This document shows, piece after piece, positions 1 through 9,639 of a stretch of DNA of 64,000 bases. This stretch comes from Deinococcus sp. Its GTDB lineage: Bacteria; Deinococcota; Deinococci; Deinococcales; Deinococcaceae. The notes below the pieces were generated by a model. It did no database searches, was not told the origin of the DNA, and worked only from the letters and a program-made list of their open reading frames with translations. The stretch lies in the NCBI GenBank assembly GCA_965261005.1, contig OZ253375.1:1536001-1600000 (forward strand), read 5' to 3'. Position 1 is the first letter of the stretch. Each line of letters starts with the position of its first letter. The position numbers and the translations under genes are program-made.

Positions 1-77
1 ACACCAAGGGCTTCAGTATCCTAGGGCGCTGGGGCGGCAGTGTCAAGAAAAGCGGCCCTTAAAGTAGACTACCGGGT

Positions 78-649
<572 letters not shown>

Positions 650-653
<4 letters not shown>

Positions 654-1492
654 AGCTAGAAGGCGTGCTGAACGACCTGACCCGGCGCCTGAACGCCACA
701 GGCGTCCCCTCGCCGCGCCACGACGCGGGGGCGCTGGTCCGGCACACCCTGCGCCTGTCTCGGCTGGATGTGCTGCTGCGCCCGGAGCGCGAGCTGAGCG
801 GGGCCGAGTGGGCGCGGCTGGACGCCCTCGCCCGCCGCCGCGAGGCGCGCGAGCCGCTGCAACACCTGCTGGGCGAGGTGGAGTGGGGTGGCCTGACCCT
901 CAAGGTCACCCCGGACGCCCTGATTCCGCGTCCGGAGACGGAACTGCTGTTGGAATTGGCCTTGCAAGCGCTTCAGAACGTCAGCGCGCCGCGCGTGTTG
1001 GACGTGGGGACGGGAACGGGCGCCCTGGCCCTGGGCGTCAAGCTGGCGCGCCCGGCGGCGGCGGTGTGGGCGACCGACGTCAGCTCACGGGCGCTCGAAT
1101 TGGCAAGCGAAAACGCAGATCGGCTGGGCTTCAACGTGACCTTCGCTCAGGGCGACCTGAACGCCGGCCTGAGCGGTCCCTTCGACCTGATCCTCTCCAA
1201 CCCGCCGTACCTGCCCGAATCCGACCGGCGGGGCGCCCAGCCCGAGGTGGGCTTCGATCCCGATGTGGCCCTCTACGCCGGTCCCGACGGTTTAGAGGTT
1301 GCGCGCCGCTTGGTGGGCGCCGCGCCCGCCCTGCTCGCCCCGGCGGGCTTGCTGCTGCTGGAACTGGATCCCCGAAACGTGCACATCTTGGCGAGCGAGC
1401 TGGCCAGTTGGCGCACCCAGACCCAGCCGGATCTGACGGGGCGCGAGCGCTTCTTAAAGGCGAGTCTCAGGCACTACAACAGCGGAGGCTGA
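650..1492 (+). CDS. prmC: Release factor glutamine methyltransferase
   Basis: [11 protein letters not shown] motif [17 protein letters not shown] overlap with jag. Confidence 0.95.
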
Positions 1493-1818
1493 ACCTCGTT
1501 CTCGTCCGGCCACCACTGAAGCCGCGCGAGGTCGCACCTGCCGGCCGAATCAAAGCTGACGCCCTCCGCCTCCAGCAGGGCGCGCTGCGCGTCGCCGAAG
1601 CCCAGCTTGTAGGTGCTGATGGCGCCCTGGGCGTTGATGACCCGCTGCCACGGCAAGTCACCCTGAGCGAGACTTTGCATGATGAAGCCGACTTGGCGCG
1701 CGTTGCCCGGCCCGCCAGAGAGCAGTGCGAGTTGGCCGTAGGTCATCACGCGCCCCGGCGGAATGCGCGCCACAAGGGCGAGCACGCGCTCCCGAAAAGC
1801 CCGCATGGGCGCCGTCAA
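1474..1818 (-). CDS. Alkyltransferase-like (MGMT/ATL family) DNA-binding protein
   Basis: [13 protein letters not shown]...ARQVG...PWQRV (Trp in place of catalytic Cys); TTG start overlaps mqnA stop, alternative ATG at 1806. Confidence 0.85.
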   Translation of the reverse strand: MTAPMRAFRERVLALVARIPPGRVMTYGQLALLSGGPGNARQVGFIMQSLAQGDLPWQRVINAQGAISTYKLGFGDAQRALLEAEGVSFDSAGRCDLARLQWWPDENEVQPPLL

Positions 1819-2672
1819 CCGAATACCAGCGGCGCGTGCCCCGGCGCGCTCAGGGCCGCAAACTTCTCCAGGCCCGCCTTGTCGGGCGCTTCCAGGTGGT
1901 AGCGGAAGTTCCACAGGTAGTGCTGGACCACCCGCACGGGCAACCCCAACCGGACCGCGTGCCGCCCCGCGACCTCGCCCAGGTGCCCGATGCCGCGCCG
2001 CCGCGCCGCGCGCATGGCCAGCACGAGCGCGTGCGGCGGCGGCTTGTCCCGGCGGTAGGCCCACACCGCGAACACGAAGGGGTAGCCGGTCAAGTCGTAC
2101 CAGCGCGCCGAGAGGTCGCTGACCGTCACGCCCCCCCTCCCGTGCGGCAGGGCCAACATGCTGAGGTCCTCCCCGATGGGGCCGACCACCTCGTACCACT
2201 CGCGCAAGGCGCTGTCCCCGATGCGCAGCACGCCGTCGTACCCCCGAGACAGCAAATCCAGCGCCGTCCCCTCGGCCCGTTCCAGCCGCGCTTCTAAACC
2301 ACTCTCCAGCAACAGCACCTCCAGCAAGCCCACGCTGGTCGCGCTCTGTGACGTGAGGGCAATTCTGGCCCCGTTCAAGTCTTCCCACGGCCTTGTATGA
2401 AACAAATTCACGCTGTAGACCGGCCCCAGCACCCCCACGCCGAAGTCGGGCAGCGCCGCCAGTGTGTCCGCGTGCCGAATAAACTCCAGCGCGCTGACGT
2501 TGGCGAGGTCCACTTCGCCCGAAAGCAGGGCCGCGTTCATGTCGGTGGGGACGCCGCTGACGGCCTCCACGCCCTCCGGCAACTCCAGCGCGTCGATCAG
2601 CGGCGCGACGTTGGTGTAGTGGATCAGGCCGAGGCGGTACGGGTCGCTTGGTGGGCGGTCAGTCGGCGGCAT
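1815..2672 (-). CDS. mqnA: Chorismate dehydratase (futalosine pathway)
   Basis: IHYTNVAP, GPVYSV, SATS, IGDSAL, DLS..W...TGYPFVFAVW; next to mqnE. Confidence 0.88.
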   Translation of the reverse strand: MPPTDRPPSDPYRLGLIHYTNVAPLIDALELPEGVEAVSGVPTDMNAALLSGEVDLANVSALEFIRHADTLAALPDFGVGVLGPVYSVNLFHTRPWEDLNGARIALTSQSATSVGLLEVLLLESGLEARLERAEGTALDLLSRGYDGVLRIGDSALREWYEVVGPIGEDLSMLALPHGRGGVTVSDLSARWYDLTGYPFVFAVWAYRRDKPPPHALVLAMRAARRRGIGHLGEVAGRHAVRLGLPVRVVQHYLWNFRYHLEAPDKAGLEKFAALSAPGHAPLVFG

Positions 2673-3798
2673 GGGCAGCTTCAAACACCTCAAGCTCGTT
2701 GTAAAAGGCGTCGCGCAGGACCGGCACCCTCCCGGCGCGCCGGATCATCTCGATCAGCTTATGCTTGCTGAGGCCCAGCGGACTCTGCGCCCCGGCCGCG
2801 TGGGCGATGTGCTCGTCCAGAATGGTGCCGTCCACGTCCGAGACGCCCCAATCGAGACTCACCTGGGTCAGTTCCGAGCCGATCATGACCCAGTAGCCCT
2901 TGACGTGGGGAAAGTTGTCCAGGTAGAGCCGCGCGACGGCCAAGTTGCGCAGGTCGTCGAGGCCGGTGGTGAACTCGGTCTTGCCGAGATTCTGCGCGAG
3001 GCTGTTGCCCAGCGGCTGAAACGCCAGCGGAATAAAGGCGTGAAAGCCGCCGCCGAAGTCCGCCAGCGAGCCGTCCTGAAGGTCGCGCAAACGGTCCATG
3101 TGGTCCAGGCGCTCCTCCAGCGTCTCAATGTGGCCGTACAGCATGGTGGCGTTGGTCCGCAGCCCCAGCGAGTGGGCCTCGCGGTGAATCTGAAGCCACT
3201 TCTCGGCCCTCACCTTGTTCTTGGCAATCTGGTGACGCACCCGGTCGGCGAAGATCTCGGCGCCGCCTCCCGGCATGGCGGCCAGGCCCGACGCCTGAAG
3301 CTCGCGCAGCACCTCCAAGGTGGGCCGCTTGCCAATCTTGGAGAGGTGCTCGATCTCGGCGGCGGTAAAGGCCTTGACCTGCAACTCGGGGTAGGCGACC
3401 CTCAGCTTTCCCACCATCTCGGGGTAAAAGCTCCAGGGGCGGGTGGGATGGTGGCCGCTCGACATGTGCAGTTCGGTAATGCCGCTTTCCCACCGGCGCC
3501 CGACCTGCTCGACCACGCCGTCCGCGTCGTAGTCCCAAACGCGCGCCTCGCCCTTGCGCGCGGCAAAGGCGCAAAAGGTGCAGCCGACGTAGCACAAGTT
3601 GGTGAACTCCAGGCGCATGGAGTGAACGAAGTAGGTCTTGTCGCCGTGCCTGCGCTCACGCGCCAAGTTGGCGAGGCGCATCAGCGCGTTCAGGTCGCGC
3701 GTCTCGAAGAGGGCCATGCCCTCGGCAAAGGTCAGGCGTTTGCCGGCCTCGACCTTGGCGGCGACGGGCGCGAGGGCGGAATCTCGGAGCCACTGCAT
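2659..3798 (-). CDS. mqnE: Aminofutalosine synthase, radical SAM
   Basis: CYVGCTFC radical SAM motif, MPGGGAEIF, NATMLYGHIE, LDNFPHVKGYW. Confidence 0.9.
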   Translation of the reverse strand: MQWLRDSALAPVAAKVEAGKRLTFAEGMALFETRDLNALMRLANLARERRHGDKTYFVHSMRLEFTNLCYVGCTFCAFAARKGEARVWDYDADGVVEQVGRRWESGITELHMSSGHHPTRPWSFYPEMVGKLRVAYPELQVKAFTAAEIEHLSKIGKRPTLEVLRELQASGLAAMPGGGAEIFADRVRHQIAKNKVRAEKWLQIHREAHSLGLRTNATMLYGHIETLEERLDHMDRLRDLQDGSLADFGGGFHAFIPLAFQPLGNSLAQNLGKTEFTTGLDDLRNLAVARLYLDNFPHVKGYWVMIGSELTQVSLDWGVSDVDGTILDEHIAHAAGAQSPLGLSKHKLIEMIRRAGRVPVLRDAFYNELEVFEAAHAAD

Positions 3799-3855
3799 GT
3801 TTGCAGTGTACGGCGCGGGGGGCGGGACAAAAGGGCGGCCCTCCTCCGCCCCGTC

Positions 3856-3978
3856 CTACTCCTTGCGGCGGGTCACGGCCAGCGCGCCGAGCAGCAGGGC
3901 CAGCACGGCGTTCAGGCACAGCCAACCCCATAGGGCCGCTTCCAGCGGAGTCAATTCAAAGATGGGCGGCAGTTCCAC
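3856..3978 (-). CDS. Small 40-aa membrane protein (not in ORF track)
   Basis: GTG start after AAAGAGG SD; MELPPIFELTPLEAALWGWLCLNAVLALLLGALAVTRRKE has one hydrophobic helix and a basic tail. Confidence 0.6.
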   Translation of the reverse strand: MELPPIFELTPLEAALWGWLCLNAVLALLLGALAVTRRKE

Positions 3979-4022
3979 GGTCCTCTTTATTGTGCATCTC
4001 AGAAGGCTCGCGAACCGTGAAC

Positions 4023-5225
4023 TTACCTGGGCGGCGTGTCGGCGCCGAGGCGCACGGTCAAGTCGGCGCCCGGCTCGCCGGGACCTTGTTCGCCGGAACC
4101 CTGGAGCTTGACCGCGCCGTAGCCGAGGTCGCCGCGCAAACGTTCGGCGGCGCGGCGGTCGGCGGCCAGCACGACGGTGGTGTCGGCGTCGCCGCTGCCG
4201 GTCACGGCCCAGACGTTGCGGTACCCCAGGGCCTCCAGGCGCGCCTTGAGCCGCCGGGCGCTGCCGCTTGGCGCGTCCACGTTGACGACCACCACCTTGA
4301 GGGCGCGCGGGTCGCCGGGCAGCGCCTCCGGGGCGAAACGGCCCCGCGCCAATTGCCGGATCTGGGCGCGGTCAGGGGTCCAGGTGCCGCCCGGTCCAAA
4401 GCTGCCCGGCAGCAACACCGTCTCGACGCTCGGCCGGCGGGCGAGGGCGCCCAGCACCGCCGCCACGTCGGCCCTGGACAAGTCGGTGCGGACGTTCTGC
4501 GCCAGCGCCCCGACCACCCCCGGCGCGTACCACAGGCCCAGCGGCGACAGCAGCTTGTCCGACAAGGCGTGCAAGAAGCCTTGCTGGCGTTCCACCCGGC
4601 CGATGTCCCCCAGCCCGTCGTGCCGGAAACGCACGTAGGCCTCGGCCTGCGCGCCGCTGAGGTGCTGACGTCCTGGCTCGAAGTCGATGTCGAGCTGCGC
4701 GGCGGTGTCTTGGTAGTGCATGGGGCGCACAACCATGAGGGTCACCCCGCCCGCCGCGCTCGTCACGTCGCGCAGCGCCGCCAGCGATAGCAGCACGCCG
4801 CCCTCGACGGGCAAACCGGTCAGCTGCGTCACAGCGCGCTCCAGGACGTCTATCCCGCCGCGCCCGTTGGCCGAGTTGATCTTGCCCATGCCCCAACCGG
4901 GAATCTGGGTCCAGGTGTCGCGCGGGATGTTGAGCAGCTTCAGCTTGCGCTCGCCCGCCCGCAGCTGCACCAGGAGAATGGTATCGGTCAGCCCGCCGTA
5001 GTCCTCGGGCGCGCGGGTGTGGTAGCCGCTGTACTTGGGCGTGACCCCGGCCACCACAAAGGTGCGGGTGCGCTCAGGCGCGTGCGGCGGCGCGCCGTAG
5101 CGCAGCAGGGCGGGCGCCGCCGGCGCAAGGTAGGCGATTAGGGCGGCGAGCAGCAGCGAAAGCCAAAAGGCGGCGCGGGGTGGACGCTCACGGCGGGCAG
5201 GGTGCGGCGGGGACGAATCGGACAT
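4023..5225 (-). CDS. LCP (LytR-CpsA-Psr) family protein with LytR_C tail
   Basis: N-terminal TM; TDTILL, IPRDT, KINSA, YVRFRHDGLGDIGRVERQQ. Confidence 0.9.
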   Translation of the reverse strand: MSDSSPPHPARRERPPRAAFWLSLLLAALIAYLAPAAPALLRYGAPPHAPERTRTFVVAGVTPKYSGYHTRAPEDYGGLTDTILLVQLRAGERKLKLLNIPRDTWTQIPGWGMGKINSANGRGGIDVLERAVTQLTGLPVEGGVLLSLAALRDVTSAAGGVTLMVVRPMHYQDTAAQLDIDFEPGRQHLSGAQAEAYVRFRHDGLGDIGRVERQQGFLHALSDKLLSPLGLWYAPGVVGALAQNVRTDLSRADVAAVLGALARRPSVETVLLPGSFGPGGTWTPDRAQIRQLARGRFAPEALPGDPRALKVVVVNVDAPSGSARRLKARLEALGYRNVWAVTGSGDADTTVVLAADRRAAERLRGDLGYGAVKLQGSGEQGPGEPGADLTVRLGADTPPR

Positions 5226-5254
5226 CGCTGGCTCAAGGGTACACGACCACGTGG

Positions 5255-5285
5255 AGGGGCGCGGATCACCAAGACCCGCGCCCCT
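5255..5285 (-). terminator. GC hairpin downstream of S8 protease
   Basis: AGGGGCGCGG...CCGCGCCCCT inverted repeat just after the stop codon. Confidence 0.5.
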
Positions 5286-5308
5286 GCGTTCGCGTCTACT
5301 TGTTGGTT

Positions 5309-6973
5309 TTATTTGGTCTGAACGTCCACGCCGCTCAGGTCCCCCCCCACGGTCACGTCCCGCTCGCCGGTGGCCGAGTAGCCGCCGTCGCCGCTGATGG
5401 TGGCGTTCACGGTGTAGTCGCCGGCGGGCAGGTTCAGGCTGTACGGAATGTTCTTGGTGCCGCTCGGCACGGTCTCTTGAAAGGGGTCGCCAACAGGGCC
5501 GTTGACGTCAAAGGCCCGCACCGTCACGGTATAGCTCTTGGCCGGCGTCGGCTCCGGCACCGGGGCGGGCGGTGGGGGCGGCAGCTGGGCCAGCGCCGCC
5601 GCGACGGCCGCCTCCGCGTTGACCAGCTTGCCGCCGCTGACCGGCGTGGCCGTTTGGGACAGCAGGGCGCGGGTGTCGGCGGCCGAAAGGTCCGGGTTGG
5701 TGGCGCGCAGCAAGACCGCCACGCCCGCCACCATCGGCGACGCCTCGCTGGTGCCGGCGGTGATTGTGTAGCCACCCGACTTGGAGAGCGCTAGGGTGTT
5801 GTCGCTGTTCACACAGTCGGAGCCGAGCCTGCCACAGCCGCCCGGCGCGACCAGTTCCAAGCCTTGGCCGCGCGCCGAGTAATCGGTGAGCTGACCGTTC
5901 GCCAGCACCGAGCCGACGCCGATCACCTTGGGGTCGCTGGCCGGGTACAGCACCGGGTTTTGCCGCTCGTTGCCCGCCGCCGCCACCATCAGAATGTCCA
6001 TTGCCGCCGCGTCGGTGATGGCGCTTTGGACGGCCCCATCGGTAAAGCCGCTCAGGTTGGCGCCGAGGCTCATGTTGATGACGCGCACGTTCTGCTTGAT
6101 GGCAGCGCGAATGCCGGCGGCGATGGACACGGTGCTGGCGCTGTTGGCGGTGCCGCTGCCGGCGACCCCAAACACCTTGACCAGAAAGAGGTCTTTTCCG
6201 CTCCAAGTCAGGCCAGCCACGCCCAGGCCGTTGTTCGTCTCCGCGCCTATGATGCCGGCCACCCCCGTGCCGTGGTCGTCCGAGTCGGACAGGTCCGGGC
6301 CGTTGCAGGCGCCGTTCTCGACCACACTACAGTCAAGTGTAGCGAAGACACGGGAAACCAAGTCGGGGTGCTTCACGTTAAAGCCGGTGTCCAGCACGCC
6401 CACCCGCACGCCGCTCAGCGCCCCGGGCTGGCCGGCCTGTAAGGCGTCCCAGGCCTGCGGCGCCCGGATGACGTTCAGGTAATTTTGGAAGATCTGTTGA
6501 CCGCCAAGCGCGACGCCCGCGTTGCCCGGCACGCCCGGATCGTTCGGCAGCGCGAGCGCCTTGTACAGGTAGTTGGGCTGAACGCGCAGCCCGGCCGCGC
6601 GCAGCTTGGCCGCGAAAGCCCCGTCCGTCTGACCGCCCGGCGTCGAGGCCACGAGCAAATTCTCGCCGGCCCGCCGCGTGCGAACGCCCGACAAGGCGCC
6701 CAAAGTTTGGGCGCCGACGCTTCCCTGATCCTGCACCACCAGCACTTGGCCCGGCACATGTGGGGCCGCCCAGTTGGCCGCCTGAAGGGTTTGGGCCGGA
6801 AGATTTTGAGCCTGAGTAGACAGCGCCTGCGGCAAGGCGCCCGGCGCGATCACGTCGCCCTTGACGGTGTAGCTGCCGGACTGCACCAGCGAGACGTTCG
6901 AGCCGCAACCGGCCAACAGCAAGCTGACGCCCACGGCGGCCAGCGCGCCGCGTCCGGTCCATAAAAAGGTCAT
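5309..6973 (-). CDS. S8 subtilisin-family serine peptidase, lipoprotein
   Basis: Lipobox LAGC; triad VLDTG / HGTGVAG / GTSEASP; Pro-rich linker and C-terminal beta domain. Confidence 0.9.
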   Translation of the reverse strand: MTFLWTGRGALAAVGVSLLLAGCGSNVSLVQSGSYTVKGDVIAPGALPQALSTQAQNLPAQTLQAANWAAPHVPGQVLVVQDQGSVGAQTLGALSGVRTRRAGENLLVASTPGGQTDGAFAAKLRAAGLRVQPNYLYKALALPNDPGVPGNAGVALGGQQIFQNYLNVIRAPQAWDALQAGQPGALSGVRVGVLDTGFNVKHPDLVSRVFATLDCSVVENGACNGPDLSDSDDHGTGVAGIIGAETNNGLGVAGLTWSGKDLFLVKVFGVAGSGTANSASTVSIAAGIRAAIKQNVRVINMSLGANLSGFTDGAVQSAITDAAAMDILMVAAAGNERQNPVLYPASDPKVIGVGSVLANGQLTDYSARGQGLELVAPGGCGRLGSDCVNSDNTLALSKSGGYTITAGTSEASPMVAGVAVLLRATNPDLSAADTRALLSQTATPVSGGKLVNAEAAVAAALAQLPPPPPAPVPEPTPAKSYTVTVRAFDVNGPVGDPFQETVPSGTKNIPYSLNLPAGDYTVNATISGDGGYSATGERDVTVGGDLSGVDVQTK

Positions 6974-7066
6974 CCCCCATTCTGCGGACGGACAAGCTGA
7001 CATGGGATGAGTCAGGCTTAAGAGAATGGCAAAACCGGCGACACGGCGCTCATGACACGGTCAGGC

Positions 7067-8539
7067 TCAGCGAACGCCCAGGGCCGCCGCCGCGTCAATC
7101 ATCCCGAAGCCGAACTGCGGGTCGCGCCCCTTGTCGCCAAGGTCCCTGGCGGTCGCCTCCATGCGCGCGGTCACCTGCGCGCCCGTGCTCGCCACGCCCT
7201 TGCTGAGCAGCAGAGCGGCCAGGGCGCTCACCTGCGGGGTAGCCTGCGAGGTGCCCTCCATGCCCTCGTAATTGGGCTGGTTGTCGGTGTAGTCCCACGA
7301 GGTGGAGAACACCAGGTCACGGAAAAGCAACCCGTCGAGTGTTGCCCCGTTGTAGGCATTGTTGTGATCGCCACCTGGAGCAGAAAGCGCCACTTGGGCG
7401 TATACGTTGCTGTAGGGAGCGTGTTCGGGCACCCCTCCCGCGCCCAAGCTGACCGAGGCGACCGCCACCGCCCCGGCGCAGGCGGCCGGGTAAAAGGGCT
7501 TGGTAACAGCTTTATTACCCGCCGCCGCCACGATCAAGCTACCGGCCTTTGTCGCGTCGGTCACGGCGTTACACAGCGGCTGGGCGTCCTCGGCGCTGAG
7601 ATCTTCGCCCAGCGACAAGTTGATGACCTGCGCCGGGTGGGGATTCACGCGGGTCTTGCCCCCAAAGGAGATCGGCAAGCCAGCCGCGTAACGCAGGCCC
7701 TGCACGACGGTCCACAAGTCTCCGGCGCCATGGTCGTTCAGCACCCGGACGGGCAGAATTTTCACGGGCGCGTTCCACACCGCGCCGGCCACGCCGACGC
7801 CGTTCCAGCGTGCGGCGATAATGCCGGCGACGTGGGTGCCGTGGCTGCCCTGGTCGCGCCCTTCATAGGTGGGGTCGGTGGGGTCCTCGTCCATGCCGTA
7901 GTCGTCGCCGCCATCGACGGCGGACGGGACCAGGTCCAGCGTGCCCTGACCGGGGCACCACAGCGCCCCCAGCAAGTCGGGATGGTCGTAGCGCACGCCG
8001 GTGTCGAGGGTTGCCACCGTGACCGGCTTTTGGTAGGGGTTGTCCCGCATGTCGCGCCACACCTTGCCGTAGCCCAAGAGAGGGTAGGTCCACTGTAAGC
8101 GTGCGAACTCGTCGGTGGGCACGACCTCGCCCGTGAATGTGGCCGGCGCGGCGCCCAGCGCGTGCACGACGGCGTTGGGCACCGCGTACACCACGTCCTT
8201 GCGAGCGCGCCAAGCTTTTGCCGCGGCAACCGGATCGGCCGCGTCCAGCAGGGCCAGCGTGCCGCCCTGTCCGCCCAACGACAGGGCCTGCGCCCATACA
8301 CCGGCCGCTGCGCCCGCCGAACGAAACTTGATGATCACGCCGCGCGCCTGCGGCGTTAGGGAACTCGGGGACGGCGCGCCGCTTGGCACGGAGGCTGCCA
8401 AAGGGGCTGCCGTGGGGGCGCCGTTGGTGCCGACCAACAGGCAGCGCCCCGAGGCGTCCACGACGGACGGGGCGGCGGGGGTTCGTCCGCAGGCGACCAA
8501 GACGACGGCGAGCAGGAAAACGGCCCAGGCAGGCTTCAC
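7067..8539 (-). CDS. S8 subtilisin-family serine peptidase, lipoprotein
   Basis: Lipobox LVAC; TLDTG / HGTHVAG / GTSQATP; oxyanion AAAGN. Confidence 0.9.
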   Translation of the reverse strand: MKPAWAVFLLAVVLVACGRTPAAPSVVDASGRCLLVGTNGAPTAAPLAASVPSGAPSPSSLTPQARGVIIKFRSAGAAAGVWAQALSLGGQGGTLALLDAADPVAAAKAWRARKDVVYAVPNAVVHALGAAPATFTGEVVPTDEFARLQWTYPLLGYGKVWRDMRDNPYQKPVTVATLDTGVRYDHPDLLGALWCPGQGTLDLVPSAVDGGDDYGMDEDPTDPTYEGRDQGSHGTHVAGIIAARWNGVGVAGAVWNAPVKILPVRVLNDHGAGDLWTVVQGLRYAAGLPISFGGKTRVNPHPAQVINLSLGEDLSAEDAQPLCNAVTDATKAGSLIVAAAGNKAVTKPFYPAACAGAVAVASVSLGAGGVPEHAPYSNVYAQVALSAPGGDHNNAYNGATLDGLLFRDLVFSTSWDYTDNQPNYEGMEGTSQATPQVSALAALLLSKGVASTGAQVTARMEATARDLGDKGRDPQFGFGMIDAAAALGVR

Positions 8540-8646
8540 GGGCGAACTATAAAGGCTTTTTCAAGAAGATGATGTGAAGGTGGCCTCATACGGATTCAGC
8601 TTCCTGCCTTTCCAGCGCGTCCCGACAGGTGGGATGCGGGCGCCGC

Positions 8647-9621
8647 TCAAGGATGGTGCCCGAAGGGATTGCCCTCGTCCGGGACAACGTCGCGCGCGCG
8701 GTCGCTCAGGGCCGTGAGTTCGTCCAGCAGCCTCCCCGGAAGGCCAGCCGTGAGCGAGCGGGCGACCTCGCGCGCCTGACCGGCGTTCTTGGCGCTCACC
8801 AACACCGACGTGATGGCCGGCCGGCTCAACAGCCAGCGCAGGGCGAGGGTGGGCAGCGGCAACTTGTGCTGCTCCGCCACCCGCTTGAAGGTCTCCACGA
8901 CGTCGTGAACGTGCGGCCAGACCTCGCTTCCGAACAGCGAGATGGTCCAGCGCTGGTCTCCCGGCGCGAAGTCGAGGGTCCGGCCGTAGCGGCCCGAGAG
9001 GATGCCGTGGGCCAGGGCGCTGTAGGCGACCACCGCGACGCCGCGCCGGGCGCAGTACAGGAGCAGGTCGCGCTCCGGAAAGCGCCACAGCAGGTTGTAC
9101 CCGAGTTGGCAAGCGTCAACGCGCCCGACTTCACCCACCTGCTCCAGCTGGGCGACCGAGAAGTTGCTCACGCCGGCGGCCCGGATCAGGCCCCGCGCCC
9201 GCGCCGCCTCCAGCCCCTCCATCCAGGGCCGCAAATCCTCGCCAGCGCGCGGCCAGTGCAGGTAGTACAGATCGATCACGTCCGTTCGCAGGCGCCTGAG
9301 GCTGGCCTCGACGGCCCGGACGACGGCCCCCGCGCTGAGGTCGTCCGGGTTGGCCTTGGACGCCAGGAAGACGCGCTCGCGCCGGCCCGGCTCGGCGGCC
9401 AGGAAACGGCCCAACCGGCGCTCGGAGGCGCCGTCCCCGTAATCGGTCGCGGTGTCGAGGTGGGTGACGCCATATTCGAGCGCCGTCTCCAGCGCCGCCC
9501 ACAGGTCGGCCTCACCCCGGCGATGCTGGTCGAGGCCGTAGAACGACCCGCCCATCCCCAGCGGCAGCTGGTCTTTTCCGCCCGGTCCGATGTGAACGCG
9601 GGCCGGCTGCGGCTCGGTCAT
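8647..9621 (-). CDS. Aldo/keto reductase
   Basis: LDTATDYG, SLRRLRTDVIDLYYLHWP, GVSNFS, AYSAL. Confidence 0.92.
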   Translation of the reverse strand: MTEPQPARVHIGPGGKDQLPLGMGGSFYGLDQHRRGEADLWAALETALEYGVTHLDTATDYGDGASERRLGRFLAAEPGRRERVFLASKANPDDLSAGAVVRAVEASLRRLRTDVIDLYYLHWPRAGEDLRPWMEGLEAARARGLIRAAGVSNFSVAQLEQVGEVGRVDACQLGYNLLWRFPERDLLLYCARRGVAVVAYSALAHGILSGRYGRTLDFAPGDQRWTISLFGSEVWPHVHDVVETFKRVAEQHKLPLPTLALRWLLSRPAITSVLVSAKNAGQAREVARSLTAGLPGRLLDELTALSDRARDVVPDEGNPFGHHP

Positions 9622-9639
9622 GCGCTCCCTTCCGCCCGC

